From Sediminispirochaeta sp. (GTDB lineage Bacteria > Spirochaetota > Spirochaetia > B11-G9), in assembly GCA_024763455.1 (NCBI GenBank), contig JANTFL010000001.1, positions 26,678 through 90,677 of the forward strand: DNA of 64,000 nucleotides. The letters run 5' to 3'. Under the pieces are notes generated by a model. That model was not told the origin of the DNA. It ran no database searches and worked only from the letters and a program-made list of their open reading frames with translations. Positions 55,699-64,000 of the stretch are shown in pieces; within the stretch, counting starts at the first letter, position 1; every line of letters begins with the position of its first letter. A program made the position numbers and the translations under genes.

Positions 55699-56600
55699 AC
55701 TATCCTCTCATACAGTTGATTGAGACTCGTAATAATTGCATCTGGAACACTATCCGGGCATACATCTTCCCGAATACGGAGCGATCTCTGGTCTCCTGCA
55801 AAAAGTACGGTCTTTAATCCGGCAGAAGAGGCTGTCTTTACATCGTTGAGCATATCATTCCCAATATAAACAGTTTCATCAGCAGTTATTCCGTAGATAT
55901 TATACAGTCGATCTTTGAGTTTTTCAAACATAATCGGAGAAGGTTTTGCCTGACCGTATTCATAGGAGTAAAATGTCAGATCCTTTTTAAACCCATTTCC
56001 CGCCACGTCTTCTCCTGTCAGAGCTTTAAAAAGCAGGGGGGTATAAAACTGGGCATTGGATACAATACCAGTGACAAATCCCCGTTGTCCAAGAGCTTTT
56101 AGGGTTTCTTCCAAGCCGGGCATTGGCCATACCGGGTTGGAAAGAATTTCATAGTAAACAGCAAACGTACGAATTTCTGTCTCTGACGGCAGAGTGAGAA
56201 CCAGATTATCTTCTTTCAGTTTGGAAAAAAAATCGGTCCAGATTGAAATAATATCAACCTCAGGATGGGGGATCCCCTTTGCCCTGGAATCTGAATGACT
56301 TTTGGAAATAAGAGAGGAGAAAAGATTTCCCAAGATTTCACATGGTGTATCATAATGTATAACAATACTGCTCTTCTCTGCAGCTTTAAGATAAAGGCAA
56401 TCCCTTTCCCGTTTGTGAATCGTTCCGATATCACCGGAACCTGAAATAAAAAGTGTCCCGTATACATCAAAAATAACACTCCTGATATGATCTATTGTAT
56501 TGAAAGAGGGTGTTATCTCTGTCTTAATAGGCACCAGAGGGGATGAATTGGCTCTTATAATTTCAATCAAAGAATCCCTGAACGCCGGTATTAGTGTCAT
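55695..56600 (-). CDS. HAD-superfamily hydrolase; the ORF is open to 56798, and the N-terminal extent is ambiguous versus the plus-strand ORF 56689-57024
   Basis: Motif I VIFDVYGTLF. Motif III/IV GNDMLNDVKTASSAGLKTV. Confidence 0.55.
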   Translation of the reverse strand: MTLIPAFRDSLIEIIRANSSPLVPIKTEITPSFNTIDHIRSVIFDVYGTLFISGSGDIGTIHKRERDCLYLKAAEKSSIVIHYDTPCEILGNLFSSLISKSHSDSRAKGIPHPEVDIISIWTDFFSKLKEDNLVLTLPSETEIRTFAVYYEILSNPVWPMPGLEETLKALGQRGFVTGIVSNAQFYTPLLFKALTGEDVAGNGFKKDLTFYSYEYGQAKPSPIMFEKLKDRLYNIYGITADETVYIGNDMLNDVKTASSAGLKTVLFAGDQRSLRIREDVCPDSVPDAIITSLNQLYERIV

Positions 56601-56688
56601 ACACTGATTAAAGAACAAAAAAGGATAACTTGCAATATAAAAAATACCTGTACTGACTTTTTCAATCCAAACCGATACAATAGGCAGA

Positions 56689-57024
56689 ATGAGAAAGGAA
56701 AAAAATATCATTTGGCTTCCGGATATAATTAATAAAATCACCCTTTTTACGTTTATGCTGTCGATACTGATAGTATTTACCTTTCTTGCCGGTAACAAAC
56801 AAGGGTTTATTGATTCTACTCAAAACCTGCTGCTCAGGCTGTTCAGAACAACAGCCCTGGTTTTCATCGTTACCGGAGTATATAACATTTTAATCAGTCT
56901 TGCAGTTCTCATAAGAAAACGGCGGTTATACTCTTCCCGGTTAATAATGACAATATTGGCGGAGGGCTTGATGATCTCTTTTTTTCTGGGAACGAGCGGT
57001 ATACTTGCAATCATTAAGGGATAG
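56689..57024 (+). CDS. small membrane protein (111 aa, 3 TM) upstream of aroH
   Basis: ATG start. Three hydrophobic helices. Abuts the aroH start. Confidence 0.35.
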   Translation: MRKEKNIIWLPDIINKITLFTFMLSILIVFTFLAGNKQGFIDSTQNLLLRLFRTTALVFIVTGVYNILISLAVLIRKRRLYSSRLIMTILAEGLMISFFLGTSGILAIIKG

Positions 57025-57399
57025 GTGAGGATTATGGTCATGAGGACTCGTGCAGTAAGGGGCGCAGTGCAGATAAGCAAAGACTCTGTAGAGTTGATTG
57101 AGAGAAATGTCGGCGAATTGGTTAAAACTATTATTAAAGTGAACGGAATAAATGAGGAAGATATAATTTCAATACAATTCACCATTACTGGAGACTTGCG
57201 ATCTAAAAACCCTGCAGCAGCGTTAAGAAAATACGGCTTTGAAACTGTTCCGCTGTTCTGCAGCCTGGAACCGGATATTGAAGGAGCAATGGAAAGGGTA
57301 ATCCGGGTTCTTGTTACCTTTGACCAGGCAGCTGGTGATCCGATTGTTCCTGTATACTTGTATGGTGCTGAAAAGTTACGACCGGACCTGGCAAAATGA
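57025..57399 (+). CDS. aroH: chorismate mutase, AroH class
   Basis: MRTRAVRGAVQI...ISIQFTITGDL...VPLFCSLE matches the monofunctional AroH fold family. Confidence 0.75.
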   Translation: MRIMVMRTRAVRGAVQISKDSVELIERNVGELVKTIIKVNGINEEDIISIQFTITGDLRSKNPAAALRKYGFETVPLFCSLEPDIEGAMERVIRVLVTFDQAAGDPIVPVYLYGAEKLRPDLAK

Positions 57400-58172
57400 G
57401 AGATGATACGATACTGCTAAAGACATCTGTAGAGGTAAACAGAATTCGGCGTTCATGCAGTCTGGTAGAAAGGATCCTGGATGCACTTGAAACAGTTATT
57501 GCCCCGGGGATTTCTACTCTGGAGATAGAAGAAATTTGTAAATCCGCACTTAAATCTGCCATGGCAAATTCCTCCGCTCTTAACTTTAAGGGTTTTCCCT
57601 CAACGATCTGTACCTCGGTTAACAGTGTTGCTGTACATGGTATTCCTGACCACACTGTTCTTGAGAACGGTGATATTCTCACCGTTGATATATCGCTAAA
57701 CCTTGACGGGTGGCATGGGGACAGTGCCAGAACCTATGTTGCAGGGACAGGAAGTAACGATGTCCTCCGCCTTCAGAAAGCAGCCTATGCAGCGACTGTT
57801 GCCGGAATAAATGCTGCTGTTTCAGGGAAACGTTTGGGAGATGTTGGGTGGGCAATAGAAACAGCAGTGAAAAAATGGGGGTGTTCGGTGGTAAGAAAAT
57901 TTGCCGGACATGGGATAGGCCGGGATCTCCATGAAGATCCTGTTATCCTCCCATACGGTGAAAAAAATACCGGTTTAAGGATAATACCGGGGATGGTTTT
58001 TACCATAGAACCCGTTGTTGTCCTGGGCAGAGGTGACGTGAAGCAGATGGATGACGGGTGGTCATTCGTAACCAGTGACGGATCTCTTTCTGCCCAGTAT
58101 GAGCACACTCTTGCCGTTTTCAGTGACAGGACAGAAGTACTTACAGACGATAACCTGTCCATTCATTTATAA
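57396..58172 (+). CDS. map: type I methionine aminopeptidase
   Basis: HGIPD, DISLNLDGWHGDSARTY, FTIEP. Confidence 0.9.
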   Translation: MRDDTILLKTSVEVNRIRRSCSLVERILDALETVIAPGISTLEIEEICKSALKSAMANSSALNFKGFPSTICTSVNSVAVHGIPDHTVLENGDILTVDISLNLDGWHGDSARTYVAGTGSNDVLRLQKAAYAATVAGINAAVSGKRLGDVGWAIETAVKKWGCSVVRKFAGHGIGRDLHEDPVILPYGEKNTGLRIIPGMVFTIEPVVVLGRGDVKQMDDGWSFVTSDGSLSAQYEHTLAVFSDRTEVLTDDNLSIHL

Positions 58173-58196
58173 GATTAAATCATTCTTAGTGGTGTC

Positions 58197-58225
58197 TTGA
58201 CATAATTCATAAAAACAATTATGTT
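58197..58225 (+). promoter_or_regulatory. sigma-70-type promoter TTGACA-17 nt-TATGTT upstream of tRNA-Thr/Tyr
   Basis: Consensus -35 at 58197-58202. 17-nt spacer. -10 at 58220-58225. Confidence 0.45.
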
Positions 58226-58237
58226 CTCTTTCAAGAC

Positions 58238-58311
58238 GCCACCTTAGCTCAGCTGGCCAGAGCACGTGACTTGTAATCTCGGGGTCGTCAGTTCGAATCT
58301 GACAGGTGGCT
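58238..58311 (+). tRNA. tRNA-Thr (anticodon TGT)
   Basis: GCCACCTTAGCTCAGCTGGCCAGAGCA...loop CTTGTAA...GTCAGTTCGAATCTGAC AGGTGGC. Confidence 0.75.
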
Positions 58312-58356
58312 TGACCATATTGGACAACTTATGATAGTGTCTTTTCAAGGTTTTAT

Positions 58357-58438
58357 GGGGAGGTTCCCGAGTGGTCAAAGGGGGCAGACTGTAAATCTGT
58401 TGGCTACGCCTTCGAAGGTTCAAATCCTTCTCTCCCCA
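58357..58438 (+). tRNA. tRNA-Tyr (anticodon GTA), type II with long variable arm
   Basis: GGGGAGGTTCCCGAGTGGTCAAAGGGGGCAGACTGTAAATCTG... is highly similar to bacterial tRNA-Tyr. Confidence 0.8.
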
Positions 58439-58440
58439 TA

Positions 58441-58471
58441 GGTCTTCTCGAAAGAGAAGGCCTTTTTTTTT
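58441..58471 (+). terminator. rho-independent terminator
   Basis: 9-bp stem GGTCTTCTC/GAGAAGGCC with GAAA tetraloop, followed by T9. Confidence 0.75.
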
Positions 58472-58482
58472 AGGGAAAAATT

Positions 58483-58929
58483 ATGAATAAACCGTTCTAC
58501 AAAAAAGGCTTGAATTTTGAGTGCGTCCAGTGTTCGGCGTGCTGCAGGTTTGATCCGGGATATGTATTTCTTTCTGCTTCAGATATGGATAGACTCGTTC
58601 TATACTTCAAGATGGAGAAGAAGGATATCGTGGAAAAGTATTGCCGGATTGTCGATATGGGAGACAGCAGACGTCTAAGTTTTAATGAAAAAAGGAATTT
58701 TGACTGCATCTTCTGGAAAGATGGAGGATGTTCTATTTATGAAGCAAGACCGCTTCAATGCCGCAGTTATCCATTCTGGCGCCCCTTTCTTGTAAATGAA
58801 GAAGCATGGAATAAAGAAGCTGAGAACTGTCCCGGGATGAACAGGGGGAAAAAACATTCTTTAAAAACTATTGAAAATTGGCTTGAAAAAAGAGATAATG
58901 AAACGTACAGACTTGAGGATATACTATGA
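58483..58929 (+). CDS. YkgJ-family cysteine-cluster protein (CxxCxxCC putative Zn/Fe-chelating domain, PF03692; 'FliB-like')
   Basis: FECVQCSACC...CIFWKDGGCSIYEARPLQCRSYPFW. Confidence 0.7.
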   Translation: MNKPFYKKGLNFECVQCSACCRFDPGYVFLSASDMDRLVLYFKMEKKDIVEKYCRIVDMGDSRRLSFNEKRNFDCIFWKDGGCSIYEARPLQCRSYPFWRPFLVNEEAWNKEAENCPGMNRGKKHSLKTIENWLEKRDNETYRLEDIL

Positions 58930-59870
58930 AGGTACGGTTCTGGGGGGTGCGCGGCTCAATCCCCACTCCATTGACTTCGTCTCAGATACAGGGAAAGATT
59001 TCAGCGGCTGTCCAGCGTATACAGCCCAAGGATATAGTTGATCAAAAATCCAGAGAGTTGTTCATTGCATCTTTGCCGGAAAACCTGTTTGGAACGGTCG
59101 GTGGAAATACTACCAGCGTTGAGGTTCGTCTTGATGACGATACCGTTATAATTTTCGATGCAGGTTCAGGAATTTGCCGTCTTGGCGCGGATTTGGTACG
59201 GAAAAACGAGCATTTAAGGGATTATCATATCTTCTTTACCCATTTTCACTGGGACCATATACAAGGCTTGCCGTTTTTTTCTCCCCAGATGTATGATCCC
59301 CGATGTACCGTAAACTTTTATACACCCGAAGAGGGACTCAGGGATATCTTGAGCGGTCAGATGAGAAAACCCTACTTCCCTATAACGATGGATGTTTTCC
59401 ACGAGAATATAACCTATAACCAATTGAAAGGAAATTCTTTACGAATAGGCAATGCTGTAATTTCCTGGAAAAGAATGAAACATCCCGGTGGAGTTTTTTC
59501 ATATAAGATAGAAGAGAATGGCAAAACATTGATATTCTCCACCGATACGGAGCTTTCGGACAAAGATTTCGAAAAGAGCAGCAGGAATAGTGATTACTTC
59601 AAGGATGCTGATGTTTTGATTATCGACAGCCAGTATACCCTTGATGAGGCGATAGAAAAGTATGATTGGGGACACTCCTCCTACAGTTTATGCGTAGATT
59701 TTGCCTCAGTCTGGAATATAAAAAAACTTGTCCTCTTCCATCATGAACCTTCCTATGATGATAACAAAATGTATTCCATCCTCCAATCGGCGCGATGGTA
59801 TAGACAGTATCAGCAAAACTCAAATATATCCGTTTCTCTGGCGAAAGAGGGTATGGAGATTGTGCTTTGA
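58926..59870 (+). CDS. MBL-fold metallo-hydrolase
   Basis: FFTHFHWDHIQGLPFF. ATGA overlap with the upstream gene. Confidence 0.7.
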   Translation: MKVRFWGVRGSIPTPLTSSQIQGKISAAVQRIQPKDIVDQKSRELFIASLPENLFGTVGGNTTSVEVRLDDDTVIIFDAGSGICRLGADLVRKNEHLRDYHIFFTHFHWDHIQGLPFFSPQMYDPRCTVNFYTPEEGLRDILSGQMRKPYFPITMDVFHENITYNQLKGNSLRIGNAVISWKRMKHPGGVFSYKIEENGKTLIFSTDTELSDKDFEKSSRNSDYFKDADVLIIDSQYTLDEAIEKYDWGHSSYSLCVDFASVWNIKKLVLFHHEPSYDDNKMYSILQSARWYRQYQQNSNISVSLAKEGMEIVL

Positions 59871-60064
59871 TAATTCTTCAGGGGAAAGAACTGGTTGCAG
59901 TGTATTTGCTGCTGAAAAAAGATGATAGTGATCTTGATCCTGCACAACTCAGTGTAAAGAACAGGATAGAAAAAGTCCTGTTTGAATCTCTTTCCATAGA
60001 AGAAATTGAATCTATAGAAGAACTATACAAAAAGAATGTTGATGTTCTGGGAAAAAAGCTATAA
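59867..60064 (+). CDS. small hypothetical protein (65 aa)
   Basis: TTG start overlapping the upstream stop. No other support. Confidence 0.25.
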   Translation: MIILQGKELVAVYLLLKKDDSDLDPAQLSVKNRIEKVLFESLSIEEIESIEELYKKNVDVLGKKL

Positions 60065-60073
60065 ATTCATAAC

Positions 60074-63000
60074 ATGAAAAAATATAAATTTATCAGTATT
60101 GCAGTAGTTTTTTTGGGTTTAACCACACTAGGCTCGTTCGGGCAGGAAAATGCCCGGGTAAAGGAATTTTATTCGCCGCTTTTCCTTTCTGGAACATGGA
60201 ATGAGACTGAACAGGCTGCTCCGCAGTCAGATGCCGTCAATCCTGCATCGTCTGCTCTTTACCAACGGACGACCCTTGATCTAAGCTATATGGGAATTGT
60301 CGGTGATGAAGGTACGCTTACGGGACAGAACGGATTCGCTTTTAATCTGGGGAATACCATTCCGACGAGAGCCGGGGTTTTTTCCTGGTCCGCACATATG
60401 CTGAAGTCAGATTATCTGAACTTTAATGTACCTTTTTATTTTGCAGTTTCGGGGTCTTTTTCAAAGGATCTCTATCCGAATCTTCTTGCTGGTCTAGGGG
60501 TGAAGGCTGCATATTCTTCCTTGCCCGGGTACAGTGCTGCAGTTGATCTGGGGATAATCTATCTTTCCGGAAATTTCTGGAAATTCACCGATACTGCCGT
60601 TGGCCTCACCCTTGCTGATTTGGGTTACAGCACAATTACAAAGGGATATCAACAGCCCTTTACTCCCTCTGCAGGAGTAAGCGGAACCCTGTTCAAGACT
60701 GATATTTTTTCCATGAAGCTCAACAGTAATATTAGTTCACCCGGTTTAAGTTCTGTTTTTATGAGCCTTGGGGGAAGTGTTGACTTTAAAAACATTATCT
60801 CTCTTACCTTTGGCAGCAGAATGGATTTAAGGTCCCTTCTAAACGGCAACAGCGCGGGGTTGATCCCTTCTGTAGGGCTTAATTTCAGATTTAATCCATC
60901 ACTAGGAGAAAACTCAACGTTTCTCGGGCTATCCGAAAAGGGCTGGAACAAGGGGCAGGTTGAGCTGCAATCATCTTTTGCACCCATTGCAGACGGGATT
61001 TGGTCATACGGCGCAGGGGCTAACGTGCAACTTGGAGTTTTAGATAAAGATCCACCGGAAATAGAGATCGATATTTCCGGTTTTGAATCGCAATCCATGA
61101 ACGTTCCGGCAAAGGGGCATAGTGAAAAGTACTCTTCCCACAGTAAACAAAGTAAAAAAATTGTTTATGTGGATTCAGGTAAAGACTCGATAAAAAAGAA
61201 TGCTCTGAAAAGTGACGGAGCAGTGCTTACCTATCTTTCTCCAAACAATGATGGAATTAAAGATGATTTGAAACTACCCATTAAAATAAAGGATTCAAGG
61301 TACATAAAAGGGTACTCTCTCGTCGTTACTGATTCTGAAGGAAATTTAGTCAGAGAGATAAAAAATAAAGAGAAAAGATCCGAAAATCAGGGATTTATGG
61401 GCTTTTTTGACCGTCTTACTGCAGTGAAGAGCGGTATAGATGTGCCGGAGGAACTGCGGTGGGATGGGTACAACGATTCGGGGAAGGTTGTTCCGGACGG
61501 AACCTACTATTTCCATGTCGAAGCCTGGGATGATAATGGTAACGTGAGTAAAACAAAAGAGTATGCGGTCGTTATCGATACTACTCCGCCGGAGGTAACC
61601 ATTAAGGAACCGCCGGAGGAAGAAAAAATATTCTCCCCGAATAACGACGGCAGCAAGGACACAGTATCGTTTGAACAGAATGGTTCCGTTGAGGATACAT
61701 GGACCGGAACAATACTGGATTCAAATGGAACAGTTGTAAAAACTTTTACCTGGTTAAATTCCGAACCGGAAAAAGTTGTCTGGAATGGTCTTGATAATAA
61801 CGGGAATATGGCTCCCGACGGAGTATATTCGTATGCAGTTACTAGTACTGACAGAGCCGGGAACAGCGTAGAGAAGGATTTTCAGAATATTATAAAGAAC
61901 ACAGAAGAGACACCCATTGCACTTAAAATTGATAAACAATTTTTCAGCCCAAACAACGACAAGATCATGGACACAATAATTCTTACTCCGGAAGTAAGTG
62001 TTAAAACAGGTCTGAGGAGCTGGAGCCTTTCTGTTTTTAATGCAAAGGGTGACGTTGAAAAGATCTTTTCAGGAACAGACAGTATACCTGAGAATCTGAT
62101 ATACGATGGCAGAGATAATTCCGGAATTATTCTTAAGGAAGGTACGTATTACGCCCTGCTGGACGTACAGTATGTAAACGGAAATAATCCTTCTGCGAAA
62201 TCTCCTGAATTTACAGTGGATGTTACTCCTCCCTCTGCAACAGTGAGGGTAAGTACAAAAGTTTTTTCACCCAATGGGGATGGACAGAAAGATACGGTAA
62301 AATTCTTTCAGGAAACATCCTTGGAAGAGGTGTGGACCGCTTCCATTTATTCCGCAGAGGGTGAGGTGGAGTATGACTACAACTGGATAGGTACTGCCGA
62401 ACCAGAGATTGAATGGAATGGGATCAGTAAAGACGGCAGACTTGGTTCTGACGGTGTTTATACCTACCAGCTTAGTGCTATTGACAGGGCTGGAAATCTG
62501 GGTAAATCAAATATCGTTTCGTTTAAGCTTGATACAGAAAAGACTGCAGTCATTCTTACAACCGAATACAATGTTTTTTCTCCTAACAACGATGGATCGA
62601 AGGATGAGATTAAGATAATACCTCAGTTGTCAGTAAAAGAGGGTATAGCGGCCTATACAATGAATATCTATGACAGCAGTAACACATCGGTGAGGGTATA
62701 TAGGGGCACAAAAAGTATTCCCGAGTATTTCCTCTGGGATGGGTCGGATGGTAAAGGAGTGAGAGTCCCTGATGGAGTCTACTATGCAAAACTGGATATG
62801 GAATATGACAAGGGGGATAAACCATCGGCTGTTTCGAGAAACATTGAGGTCGATACTGCATATCCTCAGATTACCCTGGCAACAGAGTATGTTTTGTTCT
62901 CGCCTGATGGTGACGGGAAAAAAGATTCGGTTATAATCAGCCAGCGATCTGAGGGAAGCGAGCAGTGGAGAGGAGAGATTCTAGATGCTGAAGGGAATAC

Positions 63001-64000
63001 GGTAAAGACCGTTTTTTGGAAAAATAGCGTAACCGACTTTTTGTGGGACGGGAGCGATACTGCAGGAAATATTGTAAAAGACGGGGTCTATACCTACAGA
63101 GTGAGTGCCGAGGATCAGGCAGGGAACCTCACCAAGAAAGAGATCAAAGGAATTACCGTTGATACCTCTATAACCAAAGTTTTTATTACTGCCAGTGATT
63201 CTTACCTGTCACCCACCGGGAACGGAAAGTATGAGAATTTAACGTTTAGGACCATCGTAACAAATAAAAAAGGGATAGCTTCCTGGTCGTTAATGCTTGT
63301 CAGAGAAGATTCAGGAAAGGTCGAAAAACTTTTCACTGGTGAAAACAGAATCCCCTCTAAGGTTATCTGGGATGGTGTGAACGATGATGGCCGATATTCC
63401 GAGGGTGAATATACTGCCGTATTTAAAGTTGTTTATCTGAAGGGAAATGAACCTGAGGCGCGTTCTTCAAAATTCATTCTCGATATATCTCCTCCCCGTG
63501 CGGATCTAAAACTGTCTCCCATCCCTTTCTCTCCGGATAATGACGGATTGAATGATGAGCTGACACTATCACTGAATGTGAGTGATCTGAGCGGAGTAGA
63601 AGATTGGGAACTGAATATCTACGATCCAGAGAAGAAACCTTTTATAAGTTTTAGTGGAAAGGGGACTCCTGCAGATTCCATTATATGGAACGGTAAGTCG
63701 TCCACCGGAGAACTTGTTTATGCGGCAATGGACTATCCCGTAATCTTTAAGGTAAAAGATATTCTCGGTAACGTTACGGTAAAACAGGATAAAATACCAA
63801 TTGATGTTCTTGTGGTCAAAGAGGGAAACGTACTCAAGATAAAGATCGCAAACATTGTTTTCAAGCGGGACAGTGCTGAACTTGTTGATGACGATCCTGA
63901 AAAAGCCAGGACGAATGAATATGTTCTGAACAGAATCAGTGAAATTCTGAGGAAATACAAGTCTTACCAGATAGTTATTGAAGGACACGCGGTTGTGACA
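60074..64000 (+). CDS. large OmpA-family surface/periplasmic protein (partial, longer than 1309 aa) with signal peptide, N-terminal unique domain, eight tandem ~105-aa Ig-like (FlgD-Ig/'FSPNxDGxxD') repeats, and C-terminal OmpA-like domain
   Basis: Frame open from the ATG at 60074 to the window end (translated manually). Repeated (T/V)PP...FSPNNDG(S/I)KD modules fall at about 61235, 61631, 61943, 62264, 62576, 62896, 63202, 63520. C-terminus IVFKRDSAELVDDDPEKARTNEYVLNRISEILRKYKSYQIVIEGHA matches OmpA_C. Confidence 0.75.
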   Translation, partial: MKKYKFISIAVVFLGLTTLGSFGQENARVKEFYSPLFLSGTWNETEQAAPQSDAVNPASSALYQRTTLDLSYMGIVGDEGTLTGQNGFAFNLGNTIPTRAGVFSWSAHMLKSDYLNFNVPFYFAVSGSFSKDLYPNLLAGLGVKAAYSSLPGYSAAVDLGIIYLSGNFWKFTDTAVGLTLADLGYSTITKGYQQPFTPSAGVSGTLFKTDIFSMKLNSNISSPGLSSVFMSLGGSVDFKNIISLTFGSRMDLRSLLNGNSAGLIPSVGLNFRFNPSLGENSTFLGLSEKGWNKGQVELQSSFAPIADGIWSYGAGANVQLGVLDKDPPEIEIDISGFESQSMNVPAKGHSEKYSSHSKQSKKIVYVDSGKDSIKKNALKSDGAVLTYLSPNNDGIKDDLKLPIKIKDSRYIKGYSLVVTDSEGNLVREIKNKEKRSENQGFMGFFDRLTAVKSGIDVPEELRWDGYNDSGKVVPDGTYYFHVEAWDDNGNVSKTKEYAVVIDTTPPEVTIKEPPEEEKIFSPNNDGSKDTVSFEQNGSVEDTWTGTILDSNGTVVKTFTWLNSEPEKVVWNGLDNNGNMAPDGVYSYAVTSTDRAGNSVEKDFQNIIKNTEETPIALKIDKQFFSPNNDKIMDTIILTPEVSVKTGLRSWSLSVFNAKGDVEKIFSGTDSIPENLIYDGRDNSGIILKEGTYYALLDVQYVNGNNPSAKSPEFTVDVTPPSATVRVSTKVFSPNGDGQKDTVKFFQETSLEEVWTASIYSAEGEVEYDYNWIGTAEPEIEWNGISKDGRLGSDGVYTYQLSAIDRAGNLGKSNIVSFKLDTEKTAVILTTEYNVFSPNNDGSKDEIKIIPQLSVKEGIAAYTMNIYDSSNTSVRVYRGTKSIPEYFLWDGSDGKGVRVPDGVYYAKLDMEYDKGDKPSAVSRNIEVDTAYPQITLATEYVLFSPDGDGKKDSVIISQRSEGSEQWRGEILDAEGNTVKTVFWKNSVTDFLWDGSDTAGNIVKDGVYTYRVSAEDQAGNLTKKEIKGITVDTSITKVFITASDSYLSPTGNGKYENLTFRTIVTNKKGIASWSLMLVREDSGKVEKLFTGENRIPSKVIWDGVNDDGRYSEGEYTAVFKVVYLKGNEPEARSSKFILDISPPRADLKLSPIPFSPDNDGLNDELTLSLNVSDLSGVEDWELNIYDPEKKPFISFSGKGTPADSIIWNGKSSTGELVYAAMDYPVIFKVKDILGNVTVKQDKIPIDVLVVKEGNVLKIKIANIVFKRDSAELVDDDPEKARTNEYVLNRISEILRKYKSYQIVIEGHAVVT

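Noticed and set aside
60649-63988. Minus-strand ORFs 60649-61098, 61754-61939, 62610-62861, 63569-63988
   Set aside because: They are antisense to the continuous plus-strand frame that encodes the repeated FSPNxDG modules and the OmpA domain.
1-64000. CRISPR arrays, integrases, transposases, toxin-antitoxin or restriction-modification modules
   Set aside because: No integrase, transposase, toxin-antitoxin or restriction-modification signatures were seen. The only tandem repeats are the 51-bp coding repeats at 46612-46865 and the ~315-bp diverged domain repeats at 61235-63600.

Overview
The window reads as a spirochaete-type chromosomal segment of roughly 42% GC, densely packed and mostly housekeeping. 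Six-frame reading supports these blocks:
- Flagellar rod genes (FlgF/FlgG pair plus a rod-binding protein) followed by an RpoS-like sigma factor.
- tsaD and a tRNA-Gln(CTG)/tRNA-Glu(CTC) pair with a promoter and terminator.
- A ribosome-associated operon rplU-prp-rpmA-obg-nadD-yqeK-LCP-rsfS.
- cheX, ispE, spoVG, tRNA-Gln(TTG), rplY-pth-tilS-ftsH.
- A secreted TPR-like/DxDxDG repeat protein followed by an HtrA-like lipoprotein, then a hybrid histidine kinase and NarL-type regulator, then lepA.
- A Firmicute-style mcsA-mcsB-clpC-rnz block.
- A GldF/GldG-like ABC export module with a DUF4340 partner.
- aroH-map, then tRNA-Thr/tRNA-Tyr with a terminator.
- A greater than 1300-aa OmpA-family surface protein carrying eight ~105-aa Ig-like repeats, truncated at the window end.

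The most unusual content is accessory. There are three paralogous Maf-family (DUF115/MptE-like) proteins, the family that glycosylates flagellin in Campylobacter. Two of them sit in a tight minus-strand operon (42064-48401) with an unknown 306-aa protein that carries an A10 tract, and a 736-aa hyper-acidic, intrinsically disordered protein built from five 17-aa tandem repeats. I read this as a putative, undescribed flagellin/motility modification locus. Other points of interest are pth apparently initiating at CTG directly after the rplY stop codon, and an McsA/McsB arginine-kinase module without CtsR in a diderm.
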